From Gekko japonicus (taxonomy: Eukaryota): DNA of 64,000 nucleotides. Location: the NCBI RefSeq assembly GCF_001447785.1, contig NW_015170287.1, positions 737,905 through 801,904 on the forward strand. Direction: 5' to 3'. Every line of letters starts with the position of its first letter. Within the stretch, counting starts at the first letter, position 1. Below are positions 39,675-53,780 of this stretch, in pieces. Under the pieces are notes generated by a model. The model was not told the origin of the DNA. It ran no database searches and saw only the letters and a list, made by a program, of their open reading frames with translations. Made by a program: the position numbers and the translations under genes.

Positions 39675-39799
39675 CTTTGCACACTGGCCTATGATCACTC
39701 CAAGCAGCAAAAACCTCTGCTATTCTCTGACAGGTGATACTTTTTGCACCCTGTAGTACATAGTCTTCATCACAAGAAAACTGTACTGTTGAGTCCAGG
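39675..39799 (-). CDS. CSMD3: CSMD3 coding exon (125 bp; C-half of Sushi domain)
   Basis: Acceptor ttttag|C CTG GAC and donor AAA G|gtaaaa; translates (S)LDSTVQFSCDEDYVLQGAKSITCQRIAEVFAAWSDHRPVCK(V); phase 2 to phase 1. Confidence 0.96.
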
Positions 39800-41024
39800 C
39801 TAAAATTAAAGACATCAAAAAGGGGGAGAAGAAACAATTAATAGATACATAATACCAAACTTCAAAGAGTTCTAGAAATATTTATATTAAATTGTTTGCA
39901 TCAGTTACCACAGATGAACTCAAATGCATTCATGTGGAATAGTCAGCATGAGTCTTATTCCTATAGTGGCTTTAATGTAGATGCTTGTACTGTAAACACT
40001 AGGGATGTGTGGCCAGAAACCTATCCTTGTGTTTACATGCAGTGCTCCAGTTTTCTGCCCAAAGTCTTGGATATCCACGGGAATTTCATGGAGTGTCTTG
40101 GGTACTCCTGTGTTTAGGAACTGCTGACAAAGATTGGATAAAGGTAAATTGGATAAATATTTCTATGCTTTAAAACAAAACTGGTTTGTGCAAGAGTTTG
40201 CACAACCAGTACTCAATCATGCATTTTATCCTCCCTAGCGGAAAATAAATCAGATACAACTGAACAGAGGGCAGGTTCAGGATAATTGTCTGTACCAGCA
40301 AAACTACAAAATCTGTATCAGAAACAGAACCTGATGGATTACTGCAACATTCTTGGTAAATATAAATACTTCCCTTTGTATTTACAATAGAAGAGAAGAG
40401 GAGACTGCTGAACAGCAACTTTGAATGCTTCTGATGAGGCAGAGAAGTTAATATTCATTTCAGTGTCGAGGAGTAAATGTTAGAAATTATTAAGGGATAA
40501 TGGCAATTAAACTTAATTAATGTGCTCAAAGAAGCCTAAAATGTCTCCCAATAATTGTTTCTGAGGAATAATGAATTAAAACCTAAATGATTTGACCCAC
40601 ATGTTTCTCTCTTATTCTAACAGTTGTTGTAGAAGGGGGGTTTATGCCAAACTAAATGTGCTGTGCCATCCTAAGCAGAGTTATACTTATATAAGCACAT
40701 TTTCTTCAGTGAACTTAGAAAGGTGGAACTCTGCTTAGGATAGCTCTGCTGGATTTCCATCTCTTTATCAGCGAAGTGAGCTTAGAGGGTGGATTGTCAT
40801 GTAGGAAATTTCTGAAATTATTTTTATTTATATCTGCTTGATGAGTGGCAACATTTGCAGGAATCTTTCCATGTAGATTATCCAAATACATGGACAGCCT
40901 GTGTACTGACATCTACCAAGGACATTCTCATCGTGACTCTCCATATGTTTAGGGGGATCTGCTAGATGAGTCCTTATAAATGTTACAGTTAATTTAAAAA
41001 GTATTTCCAGTGTTGTGAATGTTA

Positions 41025-41171
<147 letters not shown>

Positions 41172-41252
41172 TTACATATACTCCACATTTACAAATGAGG
41201 TCTGCACATCTTTTTACCTTCCAAAATGAACACAAATACTAGAAACTCCCTC

Positions 41253-41253
<1 letters not shown>

Positions 41254-41322
<69 letters not shown>
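41254..41322. repeat. (TATC)n microsatellite
   Basis: Direct reading. Confidence 0.95.
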
Positions 41323-41323
<1 letters not shown>

Positions 41324-41999
41324 CACTGTGACACATAGCCAGAATGCATTACCCCCTTCCCCAGCTTCTTTGAAAATGGAAAAATTGGAAGTCACAGGAC
41401 ATCTTAAAACTAACATTTATAACATTTATCTAACTTTTTTGGGAATCCTCATTTGCCACACAGCTTTACTCAGAATTTCAACGGGACCCAGAATAGGACA
41501 TTAGGAGTTCCTGAGTTAATTTTGTAGGTCCTAAATATCCCAGAGACCAGGGATTGTGAATTACAAACAGCACAGTGATATTCTTAAAAGTACGAAGAAT
41601 AATACCCAGGTGTAGGTTTTGGATATGAACTGCAACTTAAAGTTCCTCAACTGTTATTATTGCAAAATAGACACTAGGTAATGTCCCTTTGTAATGTACA
41701 AAGGCTTAATTTACATTGACCTGACCACACAGTAGACCAGATTCAGGAAATGGCCCTGTAACCTTCTAATCTCTTCAGCACCAGAGATACAGCTCTCCTA
41801 CTGCCAGTGTTATGCTGGAGTTAGGAGCTTTTAAGGGAGTGCAGACACAGTGAACTTTGATGACAACAGAAAGCTCATTTATTCAATGACTACAAATGAT
41901 GGGTCAAATATTACTAACATATGTTTTATAGAAAGATTTAGTACGTCTTCGTAATGTGTGTGTGTGTGTGCATGTGCATGAGTTTGCATACACACAATT

Positions 42000-42204
42000 T
42001 AGGTTTACTAACATCCAGTTGGTGGTATTTGGAGATCTCCTTGAGTTACAACTGATCTGCAGACTACAGAGATCAGTTCCTCTGGAGAAAATGGACTCTG
42101 AGGTATTGTCCCTTTTAAGGTTCCTCCTCTCCCCAAAACCTGCCCTCCCCAGGCTCACCCCCCCAGATAACTAGAAATTTCCAAACCGATAGTTGACAAT
42201 CCTA
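42000..42204. mobile_element. MITE with TAGGGTTGCCA-type termini (degenerate)
   Basis: Shared core GGAGATCTCC...CTACAGAGATCAGTTCC..GGAGAAAATGG; relatives at 48711-48926, 50730-50888, 57806-58006. Confidence 0.75.
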
Positions 42205-44371
42205 CTATACATACATACAGTGTCTATAAACTCATTACTAATAGAGTTTGCATTACCCACTCATGTTCAACCCACAAATTCAAGCAAAAGAGATGGGTTC
42301 TAGTCATGAAATAAACTGTTCTAATCAGGAAATAAATGGTGTATAAAATTGTACTCCAAATCCCAAGCATATCATTTTATGGAATTATATTCAAGTAAAA
42401 GTTTCAGCAAAATGAGAGGTCAAATAGGCAGTCGTCCCAAAACCAGATTAGATGTGGTTGATCTTTCCAGAAGTACAAATGCCCCCATGCTTATGAGTCT
42501 CCATATATGCAGTCTAGAATGGCAGAGCTTCACACATATGGGCTACAGTCAGACTGGCAGGTTGGTGTGGTTTGGGCATGTCACTAATTACTCTGTCACA
42601 ATTTTTTATGGTGATTTTCTATTACCCAACCTGATCTGGTCTCACTGTGCACTTCTTCCATGGTTGACCATTCAGATTTGTGCTGCACGTCAACCACAAA
42701 GCGAGAGATCTGGTGGTGTTGTGTGTTTTTTTTAAACATATTTAAAAAAAACATTTTTTTTAAAAAAATAACTATTTATAACCATAACAAACAAAATGCT
42801 CAGTGTCCAACAGTCTCCAATAAATATGTTAAGAAATTATTCATACACTGACACCCTTGTGACTCTCCCCTCCCTTTTCTCTAGTAAATAATCAATTAAA
42901 TACTATAAGATCCCTCCTCAGGGAGACAAGAAAAACCATTCAACATAACAACAAGCATTCATCAATATTTAGAGTTTTAAATTTGCTTCAAAGGATAACT
43001 AAACTTAGAAGATTAACAACTTCTGAATATATAACGGAGTTATTCTTATATCATTATTGGATAGATATGATAAAATAGGGAACCATTGTTCTGTAAACAT
43101 CGAACGATACTCACTACGTTCTGCAGATTTAAAGTTATTTGTTAACTTATCTAGAACAAAAACTTGTCTAGAACAAAATAGGCCTATGCAGGCTGAAACG
43201 CGTCAGGTCAGGTTTTTAAAGCCCATGTGTATTGCTATGTTATTTATATATTTGATGTGAATGGGCCCTTATATATGTTTTAAATTTGTATTTAAATACA
43301 TGTAGCCTTTTCTATATATCTTTTACATTTAGTTTTTAATATTGGCCCTCTTCTTCACATTTTACTAACCTTTGTTAGGTTCTGAAATTTAGTGTTAATG
43401 TTCAGTTTTTTGCCCTTTCTGTCCCTGCTTCAAGGCGGCTAACAACATTAAAACACTAAAACAATAAACACATTAAAATGCAATGGAATATACAAACAAA
43501 GCCTAAGTGGCTAACAGTACTAGTGAAAATGATGGTGGCATGCAATAAGCAAACAAAGAGAATAACCAGTCAATGTTTCATGTGGGCCGAGATGTACTCC
43601 GGCAGCACATTCGTCAGTGGCGCATTTGCCAGTTGCCCACTCATAATTGTGTATTGTTATTTTTTATTTCCCACTACTATTTTTACTCTCTCTAAACTTT
43701 TAAGTATTAATTTCAATTATTTAAAATTATTTTAACTTGGTTTTTGAGTATTTTGTTATTTTTATTATTTTATTGTTTATTATTTATTTGTTTTATTTAT
43801 TTATATTTTTCCTTGTTATTTGTAGGTAGAAAACAGCAATTTTGATCGTTTTTTGAGACTATTTCTTGGGTGCACATGTGTGCACATGTATATATGCTCT
43901 ACTATTTTAAAACAAAATATGGCAAAACTAGAACTAAAGGTTCACAGTTCCAAACTGGTTTGAGTGTGCACCGTGGCCATCCAGACATCCAGAAGCATGT
44001 AATCAGTGCACAGAGATCCGTAAGCACCTGGTTGTCTCTGATGGCTATTTACTCTGTATCCAACTTGTCATAAGACACAGAGAGTATGACAGGGGAACGG
44101 CTGCCAAATGTGGATGTGTGAATGAACCCATTTAATCCATTAGGGTAATGGACACCATTGCCTTCCTCTAAGTAGCAACCCCAGTCTTCCTTTGAGGTCT
44201 CCCATCCAAGTACTAACTATGGCCAACCCTGCTTAGTCCCCAGCTCTGATGAGCTCAGTCTACACTGAGCTATTTGTATATGTTAATGGCATACCCACAA
44301 CATCTATAAGAAGCAGGCTACTCTCTTTTCTTCCTGCTTATCCTCTAATGTGATTTATGTCATCATGTGTC

Positions 44372-44690
44372 ATAAGAACATAAGAACATAAGAGACGCCA
44401 ATGTTGGATCAGGCCAAAGGCCCATCCAGTCCAACACTCTGTATCACACAGTGGCCAGAAATACCAGTGCCATCAGGAGGTCCACCAGTGGGGCCAGGAC
44501 ATTAGAAGCCCTCCCACTGTTGACCCCCCCCCCAAAGCACCAAGAAGACAGAGCATCACTTGCCCCAGAGCCCCTAGCTATACCTTGTGGCTAATAGCCA
44601 CTGATGGACCTCTGCTCCATATGCTTATCTAATTCCCTTTTGAAGCCGTCCATGCTTGTAGCACCCACCACTTCCTGTGGCAGTGAATTC
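44372..44690 (-). mobile_element. CR1 LINE 3' end
   Basis: (ATAAGAAC)n tail; near-identical inverted copy of 31165-31411. Confidence 0.9.
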
Positions 44691-44691
44691 A

Positions 44692-45220
44692 CGTATTATC
44701 ACATGCCAACAACACCCTTCCTCCCTCTACACTGGATAAACAGGCCAGTTCCTTCAACAAAGAATTAATGGACATAAGTCTGACATTAGGAACCACAACA
44801 TTCAGAAACCAGTGGGGGAACATTTTAACCTTTCAGGACATTCAGTTGCTGACCTAAAAGCAGCAGTTTTCTTACAAATACATTTCAGATGGAGATTAGA
44901 GAGATTGCTGAACTGCAATTGATAATGAAGCTCAAGACAATGCATCCACCAGGATTGAATCAAAACCTAGGTTTCCTGTCTCATTACCAATGCTGATTTC
45001 TCCATGCCTATCACCGCTCTGCATATCTCACCTAAATCCAATCATGCCAGCTATTGTTATTCACCTGCTAATGTCATTCAGCATCTGAAATCACTCCAAT
45101 TTCCAATAAATAGGAGAGATTGACTCCCATTCTAGTTGTGTCTGAAAAAGTGAGCAGTAACTCATGAAAGCTCATACCCTGCTATACATCTTGTTAGTCT
45201 TTAAGGTGCTACTGGACTCT
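44692..45220 (+). mobile_element. Penelope-like element 3' fragment (GIY-YIG endonuclease C-terminus and terminal repeat)
   Basis: Translates ...LYTG*TGQFLQQRINGHKSDIRNHNIQKPVGEHFNLSGHSVADLK...PGLN; ends TTGTTAGTCTTTAAGGTGCTACTGGACTCT. Confidence 0.88.
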
Positions 45221-45222
45221 TA

Positions 45223-45322
45223 GGTTGTGGTCACACACACTAAGTCATCCACTTTCAATCCAGTTGGAAAGTGCACTGAAAGTGGATTGAAAGTGGATTA
45301 TTTAGTGTGTGTGACTGCAGCC
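45223..45322. mobile_element. Palindromic Harbinger-type MITE
   Basis: GTCACACACACTAA...TTAGTGTGTGTGAC inverted termini; relative at 53661-54000. Confidence 0.75.
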
Positions 45323-48300
45323 TTGCTCTTTACTAGTCTTTTCTTCTGTTTTGCAAAGGTCTGCTGAGGAGAGAAAGGACAGGACAAAAGGCTAACAGCT
45401 GCAGTTCGATTAAATGTCCCCTCAAAACTGTCCTGCTGGACTGTAGTTGACAGAGTCACACAAGAGTGAGTCTGGAACCATTTAAGGAAGCACAGTGTGT
45501 TGATCCACTTACCTTGCTTGTGGGTGATTGGAGCTCCCACTCAAAGAGTCCTTAATATTTTCTTCTTTCTTGTGAACCACACCATGGGGGGAGTTAAGGA
45601 TTATAAAACCTGAACAGCTGCAGCACGGTAACATAGCTGGCTGCTGTACCAAAACTTTATCTGGGAATTTACTGAGGTAGAACTTTCACAGCCTCAGATA
45701 GTAACTAACTCTTATTTCAAACTCACATCAAAATAGATCACTTAATAATATGTTATACTCCAGGCATGGAAAAGAAAAAATAAATTGATGAGTCTGTACC
45801 TCTCATGGCTGATGTACTTAAAATTCACAGATTAAGGGGTATGACAATTGCAATTTGTACATTATAGGTGAAAAGTATATTGGTAACATTTGACCTGGCT
45901 CTTGATGCCATATCTAAAGATCCAGCTGTGGACTTGGCAGAAGACCCCATTGAAAGCACCATTGCTTCATTTTCTGTTCCAGACTCCAGCTTTGTTTCCT
46001 TCTATTTAATCCTGGTCATCTCCTTTTGATTCTTTAGTTCATCTTCAGTTCTAAAAACTGGATGCTCCCCATATAAACAATAATGACAAACAGTAAATCT
46101 GCAGGATGTCTGATCCACTTAGTTCCATGCAGCCTACCAGCCATTTACTATAGCCTGCCAAGTGTTTGATAACCATCCTGATTATACAGTTGCCAACAGG
46201 TAGCAAAAAACAGGAACATAATCAAGCCTCCGGTGAATTACCATATGTACTTTAATAATAACTGTATCAAGCTTGGGAGATTGAAAGCTTACTGCCCGAG
46301 GGAGAAAATGAGGTTGCCATAGAGATAAGAATCAGTTTCCTATTCAAAGGAAGACAGTTAGCACCAGGTGACCTACATAAAATTCACAGGAAGTCTCCAT
46401 TTATTCTTCTAAAAAAAGACTCCAATGAGAAAGTGAAGCTGGGAGATAAAAGGGGATTGATCATTAGTAAATTTAACATGTATTGGTGATTTTTTTTATT
46501 GTTTTTGAGCTATGAACTCCTACACTCTTTATTTGGAGGATTAATGAAGCCGTCATCTATCTTCCATTTAGAGGTTAATTTCACAAACTAATACATATAC
46601 CTAAGCATCTTATAAAAGGAGGCAGGGCTTGATGCCATAGTGGTGGTGGTGTCGTTTTGCTATTATTAGAAATAAACTAACAAGTAAAATGGTGAATTCA
46701 TTGCAAAACATACCATTATATTAAGGAGTAAAGCTCTTCTTGTACTTAAAAAAATTATATAATTCCATCAGAAAACAGATATATGTGGAAGGAAATGACC
46801 ACTAAATTTTCATGGGTCTCCCTCTTGTGCATTTACATGTTCAAGCATGTAAAGTCAGAGATGTTGTAGACTGATGTACCCAGGGGCAGGTCCCCCCCCC
46901 AACCCTCAACACAATAGAGAGAGCATCCAGCATCCATCAGCCCTCCCTAGCTGGGAGCGACATGACCTGAGGGCTGGCCTTCCAGCAGGCGGGAAATGTT
47001 GGAGGCAGGACAAGGGGGGAGGGGGAAGAAGGCATTGGGCCTGGTTCTGCAACTAGTGAACAAATTGCCATGCTCTCAGTCTGCTATGTGCTGGGGGGAG
47101 GGAGGGGGAAGAACAAGGCCTTTAGCAGACTCAGCCAAGCCTGAAATGCTGGTCTTTGAAGGTTCCCCGGAAGGCGGGGCTGGGGAAGGAGAGGTCCAGA
47201 CCAGCACTGCATTGGCTCCAAGCCCTGCTGATCAGGAGGACCCAGCCCTCAGAAAGAGGGGATTGGAGATGTCCAGGGATGCCCTTCCTCCAGGGAGGCC
47301 TTTTAAGGGCAGACCTGGATAGAGCTGCGGAGGAAGAGTAAGGACAGTACCTTGCTCTGTGTGGGAAGGTTCTAGAAGGGGCAAGGGATCTGGGTAAATA
47401 CAAACTCCACTCCTCCTTTTGCTTAACTGAAGGACTGAGGGACTCCTGAGGGTCTTCACCAAGAAAGCGTGGAACCCCAAAGCCCTTGAACTCTGACATG
47501 ATAATCAGCTTCATGGTCAAGTCCGTAATTTCTGGATATGGTTATGTTGCCCGATGTAATATATCTATGTAGGGAAAACTCAAAATGTGTGTATGTATGT
47601 TACTCTATAACCTGACAAATGTCATTATCAGCACAACATCAGTAAACAAAAACCAGGAAGCAGGATACTAACCTTTCTCTGGTGACAATGTATATCAATT
47701 GATCTCTATTCAAACACCTGTTATGCTTTTAACATGGGGGGGGGGTGGTCAGGGGAAAAATGGTCCATGCAGCCTTAGCCCAGCCAAGCTTCTTTCATCT
47801 CAAGAACATGAGAGCTTGCATCTTGGTTGTACAGAAAGATGCTGAAACAAAGCACACCTCCAATAGTCTCACGTGGTTACATAACTACAGGCCTTCAAAC
47901 TGCATGAAGACTGAATGTCTGTAAAAACAACTTTCTGCTGAACATTCCAAATTAACTGTTCTAGGTTCATATGTGCAGGACAACTTTCTTAGTCTTTCTA
48001 CCTTTGATCCCAATTTATAATCTGAACTGGTATAATTCAATTTGAGTGGTTTATGTATTGCAGTAGCTATTGATTGTGATCCATCTAGAACTAGCGATGT
48101 GATCATCACAAATAATGTGCTAAAAATTAAATCCATGCTGCACATAATGTCCATTTCTCTTGAGCTGAGCATCCCATTCATTTGTCTTGCTGATTTATGC
48201 ACAATTTAAAACAAATATTTCAAGTGTATTTTTGACTGTACTGTTGGCAGCATTCTCCATCACATAGGCTGCCAGTTGGATCGGGATCAGCTTTTGGCAC

Positions 48301-48467
48301 ACACTCAGAGTTTATGGGATTGCTGGGCATGATACAGATGTAGTTTTCTTCTCTACATCTTTATGAATCTATTTGGGAGACTCCTGAAGAAATTAAATCC
48401 TTTCTGGCAGAATTTCACACCATTGAAGATTGGGAGGAGTCATTTAAATGAAAATTAAGCTTTGGTT

Positions 48468-48650
48468 GGCCTGACCTGGATAGCCCAGGCAAGGCGGATC
48501 TGGTCAGTTCTCGGAAGCTAAGCAGGGCTGACCCTGCTTGGATGGGAGACCTCCAAAGAATACCAGGGTTGGGAGGCAGAGGCAGGGTATCTGAACATCC
48601 TCCATGCCCCAGAAGGAGTCGCCGGAGGTCACCGTGACTTCCAGACATAG
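48468..48650 (+). mobile_element. 5S rRNA-derived SINE
   Basis: GATCTGGTCAGTTCTCGGAAGCTAAGCAGGG...CTTGGATGGGAGACC. Confidence 0.8.
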
Positions 48651-48710
48651 ACACACACACACAAATTTACAATGAAGAGAATTTGTAAGGGGGAGTACTT
48701 CTGTGTATCG

Positions 48711-48926
48711 CAAGGTTGCCACCCTCCAGGTGGGGGCTGTAGAACTTGCAGAATCAAAGCTGTTCTCTAGACCACAGGGACCAGTTCCCCAGGAGAAAAT
48801 AGCTACTTTCAGAGGTGAACTCCATTGCATTATACCCTAAGGTCCCTCCCCTCCCCAAACCCCACCCTCCCTCAGGCACTGGCTCCAAACTTCCAGGTAT
48901 TTCCCAACCCAGAGTTAGTAACCCTA
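48711..48926. mobile_element. MITE with TAGGGTTGCCA-type termini
   Basis: Family core shared with 42000-42204. Confidence 0.75.
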
Positions 48927-49201
48927 TTCTAAATGCATGCATTCTGTGAGTCTCCCATTATTATTTTTTTGCAAATGGCTAGACAGGGATGCCCACAAGG
49001 ATCTGTGTGGTTTAGGGGATCATAATATTTTGTAGAATGGATGGAGGTCTGAAAAGCAGCGTGCCTATCTGCTTTTGTTCCTGCTCTTTCTCCCTCCCTG
49101 CTGTGCATGAGCATCATGCTGTTACTTATGATAGCCATGCTGTGGATATCTCATTTATCTGTTATTTACAGATTAATTCCATTAAGTTGTTCTTAGCCAA
49201 T

Positions 49202-49445
49202 AGGTAAAGGTAAAGGTTCCCTTGCTCGAAAGGGTTGTGGTGCTCATCCCCGTTTCAAAGCCGAAGAGTCAGTGCTGTCCGAAGACGTTTCTGTGGTCAT
49301 GTGGCCGGCATGACTAAACACCAAGGCGCACGGAATGCTGTTACCTTCCCACCGAAGTGGTACCTATTTATCTACTTGCAATTTCTTGCTTTCGAACTGC
49401 TAGGTTGGCAGGAGCTGGAACTAGAGACGGGAGCTCACTCCGTCA
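49202..49445 (-). mobile_element. Sauria SINE
   Basis: (ACCTTT)n tail read as AGGTAAAGGTAAAGG; body matches the 11843 copy. Confidence 0.88.
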
Positions 49446-50729
49446 ATAACTGCCCCTTAAAAACAATTATGGCATGGTATAGTTCTCTGTGTCATTTGTG
49501 TTCCTCAGAAAGCTTTTTTGTTCAAGGTCCGTCCCCCCCTCAGGTGACCACATAGCTACAGTGAGATCACAGGACTTTTCTGTGGAGGACATGGGCCCAT
49601 CCTTTGGAATGGCCTGCCAAAGCCGGTGAAGAGAGCACCATCCCTTAGTACATTTAGGAACGCTTATCAGACAGTTGCTCTTCCAGACAGCGTTTGATGG
49701 TGGGTGAAGATCTGTCTTTTTGTGAATGTTGTATGTTTTTACTGTTGGGTGTGCTATTTAAATGCCTTTAAATTGGTAGAGTGTATATTTTAATCAATTT
49801 TAAATGTGTTAATTTGTGCCTGAATGCTTTTAAATTGGTAGATTGTGTATTTTAATCAGTTTTAATTTTGTTAATTTGTGACTTTGAAACTTGGATGGTG
49901 CACTGTATGTCTCCTTGAATCCAATTAATAATGTGCGATATAGATGTTTTAAATAATAATGTAGCAGCTTTTTAGTAACGGTATATTCATAATCTGTTCT
50001 TGTTGGTCAAGTTTCAGGTTTAATTCTAATGTCTTCATATCTGAAATCTCTCTTAATGGAGCCGAAGACGACATATTTAGATTCTTTTCAATTATATCAA
50101 TGTTAAAGAATAGAGAATATTATCCTACCAGTAAATCTTATTGTATTTCAGTGTGAGGTTACTTTACAAATTTAGTTGGACCAAATAAATATTGATAAAT
50201 ATTATTTCCTGAGATTAAAAACAATGGAATACGCACACACGCGCGCACACACACAATATGATGAGAAAATAATGAAGATGGAAAAGAATATTAACTATAA
50301 CTGATTTGGACTATCTTATACTACTCTAAGACATAGCTGTGTTATTTATATGGGGTATGATCCAACTTCAGTTATGGACTTAAGGTTAAGAACGATGTCA
50401 AAATCCATTTACTTCCTTTAGGAGTAAATGAAGTGTACGTTTCCCATTGAAATCAAGGAGACTTACACTTTGGCTGGATTCTGTCCACACAACTGTATAA
50501 CTATATGGTGGCCACATCCCATATTCACATTTAAGTCTCCTTGTTTGTATTTAAAGAAAATAACGTCTTCCAGAAATTTGTGGAGTCCTCCTTGTATCAA
50601 CTGACAGTGTGCATACAGGGGTTTGGATCAATTATATTTTAATATAACACAGATAATATTGAAAAGATGTGTGTGTTGCTAAAAATGTGCAAATGTTAAT
50701 TTAAATGAAAATACAATAAAATAAACAGT

Positions 50730-50888
50730 TAGGGTTGCCAGCTTGCAGGTGGGGCCTGTAAATCTCCTGGAATTATAGTTACCTCCAGAATACAGAAATC
50801 AGTTATCCAGGAGGAAATGGCAGGGTTGACTCCCCAGGTTTCACTTCCAAATCTCCAGGAATTTTCCAGGCCAGAGTTGGCAATCCTA
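50730..50888. mobile_element. MITE with TAGGGTTGCCA termini (internally deleted)
   Basis: TAGGGTTGCCA...TGGCAATCCTA. Confidence 0.8.
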
Positions 50889-53780
50889 GATGGGAATTGG
50901 GCAACTCTGTATGTCTCCACTCACACACATTTTCCGATCATCTCACCAATAATTGCAAATTACTGTCAAAAATAAGTATTTGAGAAGGATATTTGTGAAA
51001 ATATGAGCTAATTTGGGTTTGTTTAACTGCTTTGCTACTCCCCCCCCCTTTTGCAATAATTTATATACATAAAATGCATCGTAATATTTGGCCAAGATCC
51101 ATAGACACAGCCTAGATTATGTGCACATGTAGTGATTTTTTTTCTTTTATTTTTCATCAGTAGAAGTGCTCTCAACTGCTTTTAAAACGTCTTTATTTCC
51201 ATCCAGCATAGTGAGCTATGTTTGAGAGAGCAAACTCCAGTCAGCACACAGAACTAACAGTGTGGTTCTTTGGATTCTTCACCATATGAACTACTTCTTC
51301 CAAACAGTTGGAATGAAATCGTAGATTCAAATGGTTCCTCAACATGCATAATACAGAAAAAACAGCCTTTCGGTATAGTATACTATCACTGAATCTCTAC
51401 CACCATGTTTTGGGGTGGTTTTTTTTTTGCAATTTATCTAGGGTTTCCTCCTGGCAACCGGTGGGGGATGGGGGGGAGGACTTACCAGGATCAAGAGGTA
51501 GGGCGAGCTGATGTGCAGCACTGTACCTATGTTACCGCCCATGTTGGGAACGTTGGGGCGAAGCTTTGATATTTGAGTAAAAACTGAAAGGTAAACTTGG
51601 CTTCTAACACTGAATTTTCACCCAAATACCAGAGTGATGCTCCCAACATGATGGCATCACTTCCAGGTCACGTGGGCAGTGACGTAGGCACATTGCTGCA
51701 CACCAGCTGGATCTCCCTCCCTCTTTTTCAGGGTAAGTTCTCCTCTCTGGTCAGCTGATCGGCAGCAGGGCACTGGGGCCCGGCATTGAGGGATCCCCTG
51801 CCTCCACCGGAACCATCATTTATCCATTAGCAAGTTTCAACCTTTATTTCACCATCTATCTGTCATTGTTGCAACAAGGCTCTACCCACATAAATAATCT
51901 AACTGGGCCCCATAACCCCCATAGCTTTAAAAGTGTGCCTTAAGACAGTAACACTCTTTATAAAGTTATTCTATTATTAATGTGCTCTGTTCTTGACTCA
52001 TACAGCAAAAATAAAATACTTAAAGAGAGAACATCCATAAAAGAAGGGAGGGAAAGTGGTTTTCTGATGTCTTGATAATGAGCTCTTTCCAAGACATTGA
52101 CTTTTAATTATTCATGTGTATGCATCTGTTAATGTACTCCATTTTAGTGATAGATTGATGGCACGGCAGATATTTATTTTCTAGATCAAGGGTCATACTA
52201 TCTGATTGGTTTTAATCTTTGCTCCTAGAATGAGGCTTTGAAGAACAGTAATACAATTTGCTTTGACTGAAAAAACATACCTTCTACTTGGCAGATAAAC
52301 AGAATTCACTGACTGAATACTCTCAAAAGACTACAGTGATCCCATCTACAATTCAGCAAAGATGTAGTTTTGATCTGATTTAGAATTCAGTCATGTTGTT
52401 GTGAGATTGTTGCCAGTACTGAAAACTGATCTATCAGTGTTATTTGGCTTTAAACTGATACTCAGTGGGAACAAGGCCTTTGACATAAGGATGTTGACGT
52501 TCCTTAATTCAGATGGGGTAGCTTATACCGTAAATAAAATTTGGTTGGTCTTATTGGTGACACTGGACTCAAACTTTGTTCTAATATTCCTTAATGATTG
52601 TTGAACCTCAGCAGGAGTGAATTGTAAGGAGATGATCCCATGACTGTCCTTTCTTTGTTCAAGGACCCAAGTTGACTTGGAGACACACACCCCAGCTGAA
52701 AAGACAGGGCTTGTAGGGTTGCCAGCAACCTGGAGAAAAAGGCTGTGACCAAAATCAAAGATAATGAAGGCCTTACAAGGTGCAAAACTGGACACACTTT
52801 CAGCAGCTTATAGAGTAGTGTTAAAGCACCCCAGAGCTCTCTGGAGCATTTCCCATGGGAAGCATACCATTGGTACAGTAACTTCAGTATCATTTGCTCT
52901 GATTGCCCCAATTTCCCAACACTTGTTATCAAAGATCCTGCCTTTTTCTTTTTTTCTCTTCTACTGACCGTGAATAAAACTTACATACTACTACTACTCC
53001 CACTGAGCCAACACCCTTCAGATGTCAAGAGATGAGAACCTTTGCTGAATTGAAACTGGAAAGAGTTTAAAAGGGTCTAGAAGCCTAAGGGCAGGGCATC
53101 CTGTAAAGGATGGCTGCAGAAATCCAGACGTTAATAACTGATGGGTTTGAAGTGCAGACTTTGTGCACTCAGTAAGTGAAAAGCAAGAGCCTTCAGAAGC
53201 TTTCTAGTACTGTTGTGAGTGAAAAAGCAGAGGAACAACCCTAGAATTGGGAAGCTGCTAGGAAAGAATTTGCAGGAGTTTCAATGACAGTCCAGTATGG
53301 AAGGAAATGAACTGCAGGCACAGAAGTGCACATCCTTATAGGTTTATTTGCCACATAATGCTCTCAAGGAACAGACAGAGAAGCAGGAGAAGTTGGAAAT
53401 GCATAAAATCAGTTGTGGCCAGATGAAATCAAAGACTTTACCACATGAGTGCCTCGGAAATTTCTTTGTGATATAGATCAGTCCCCTGCCACTGGCATAT
53501 CCCAGATACAGGGCTCTGTGAAAATAGTAACCCAGAAGCCCATGGGTTGTAAAACCAATGGAAATCAGTCCGTTTCAGTTCAAAATTCCATCCTGCATAA
53601 GCAAATGGAATAAGATCTTGAGTAAAACCAAACTGTTGCTCCTGCAGAATATGCTCCTTGGAGCAGTCACAAATACTAAATAGTCCACTTTCAGTGTACT
53701 TTCCAACTGGATTTTGCCAGTTCACACAGTAAAATCTAGTTGGAAAGTGCACTGAAAGTGGATTATTTAGTATGTGTGAC

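Noticed and set aside
39403-39837. 144-aa ORF as a standalone gene
   Set aside because: Only 39675-39799 is a real exon; the rest is intron read-through including a microsatellite (IHPS repeats).
43150-43215. Hammerhead-like GGCCTATGCAGGCTGAAACGCGTCAGG
   Set aside because: The CUGANGA core is absent; at most a decayed Penelope remnant.
46872-47560. GC-rich block as exon or solo LTR
   Set aside because: No recognisable protein, no TSD and no clear termini; cannot be supported.
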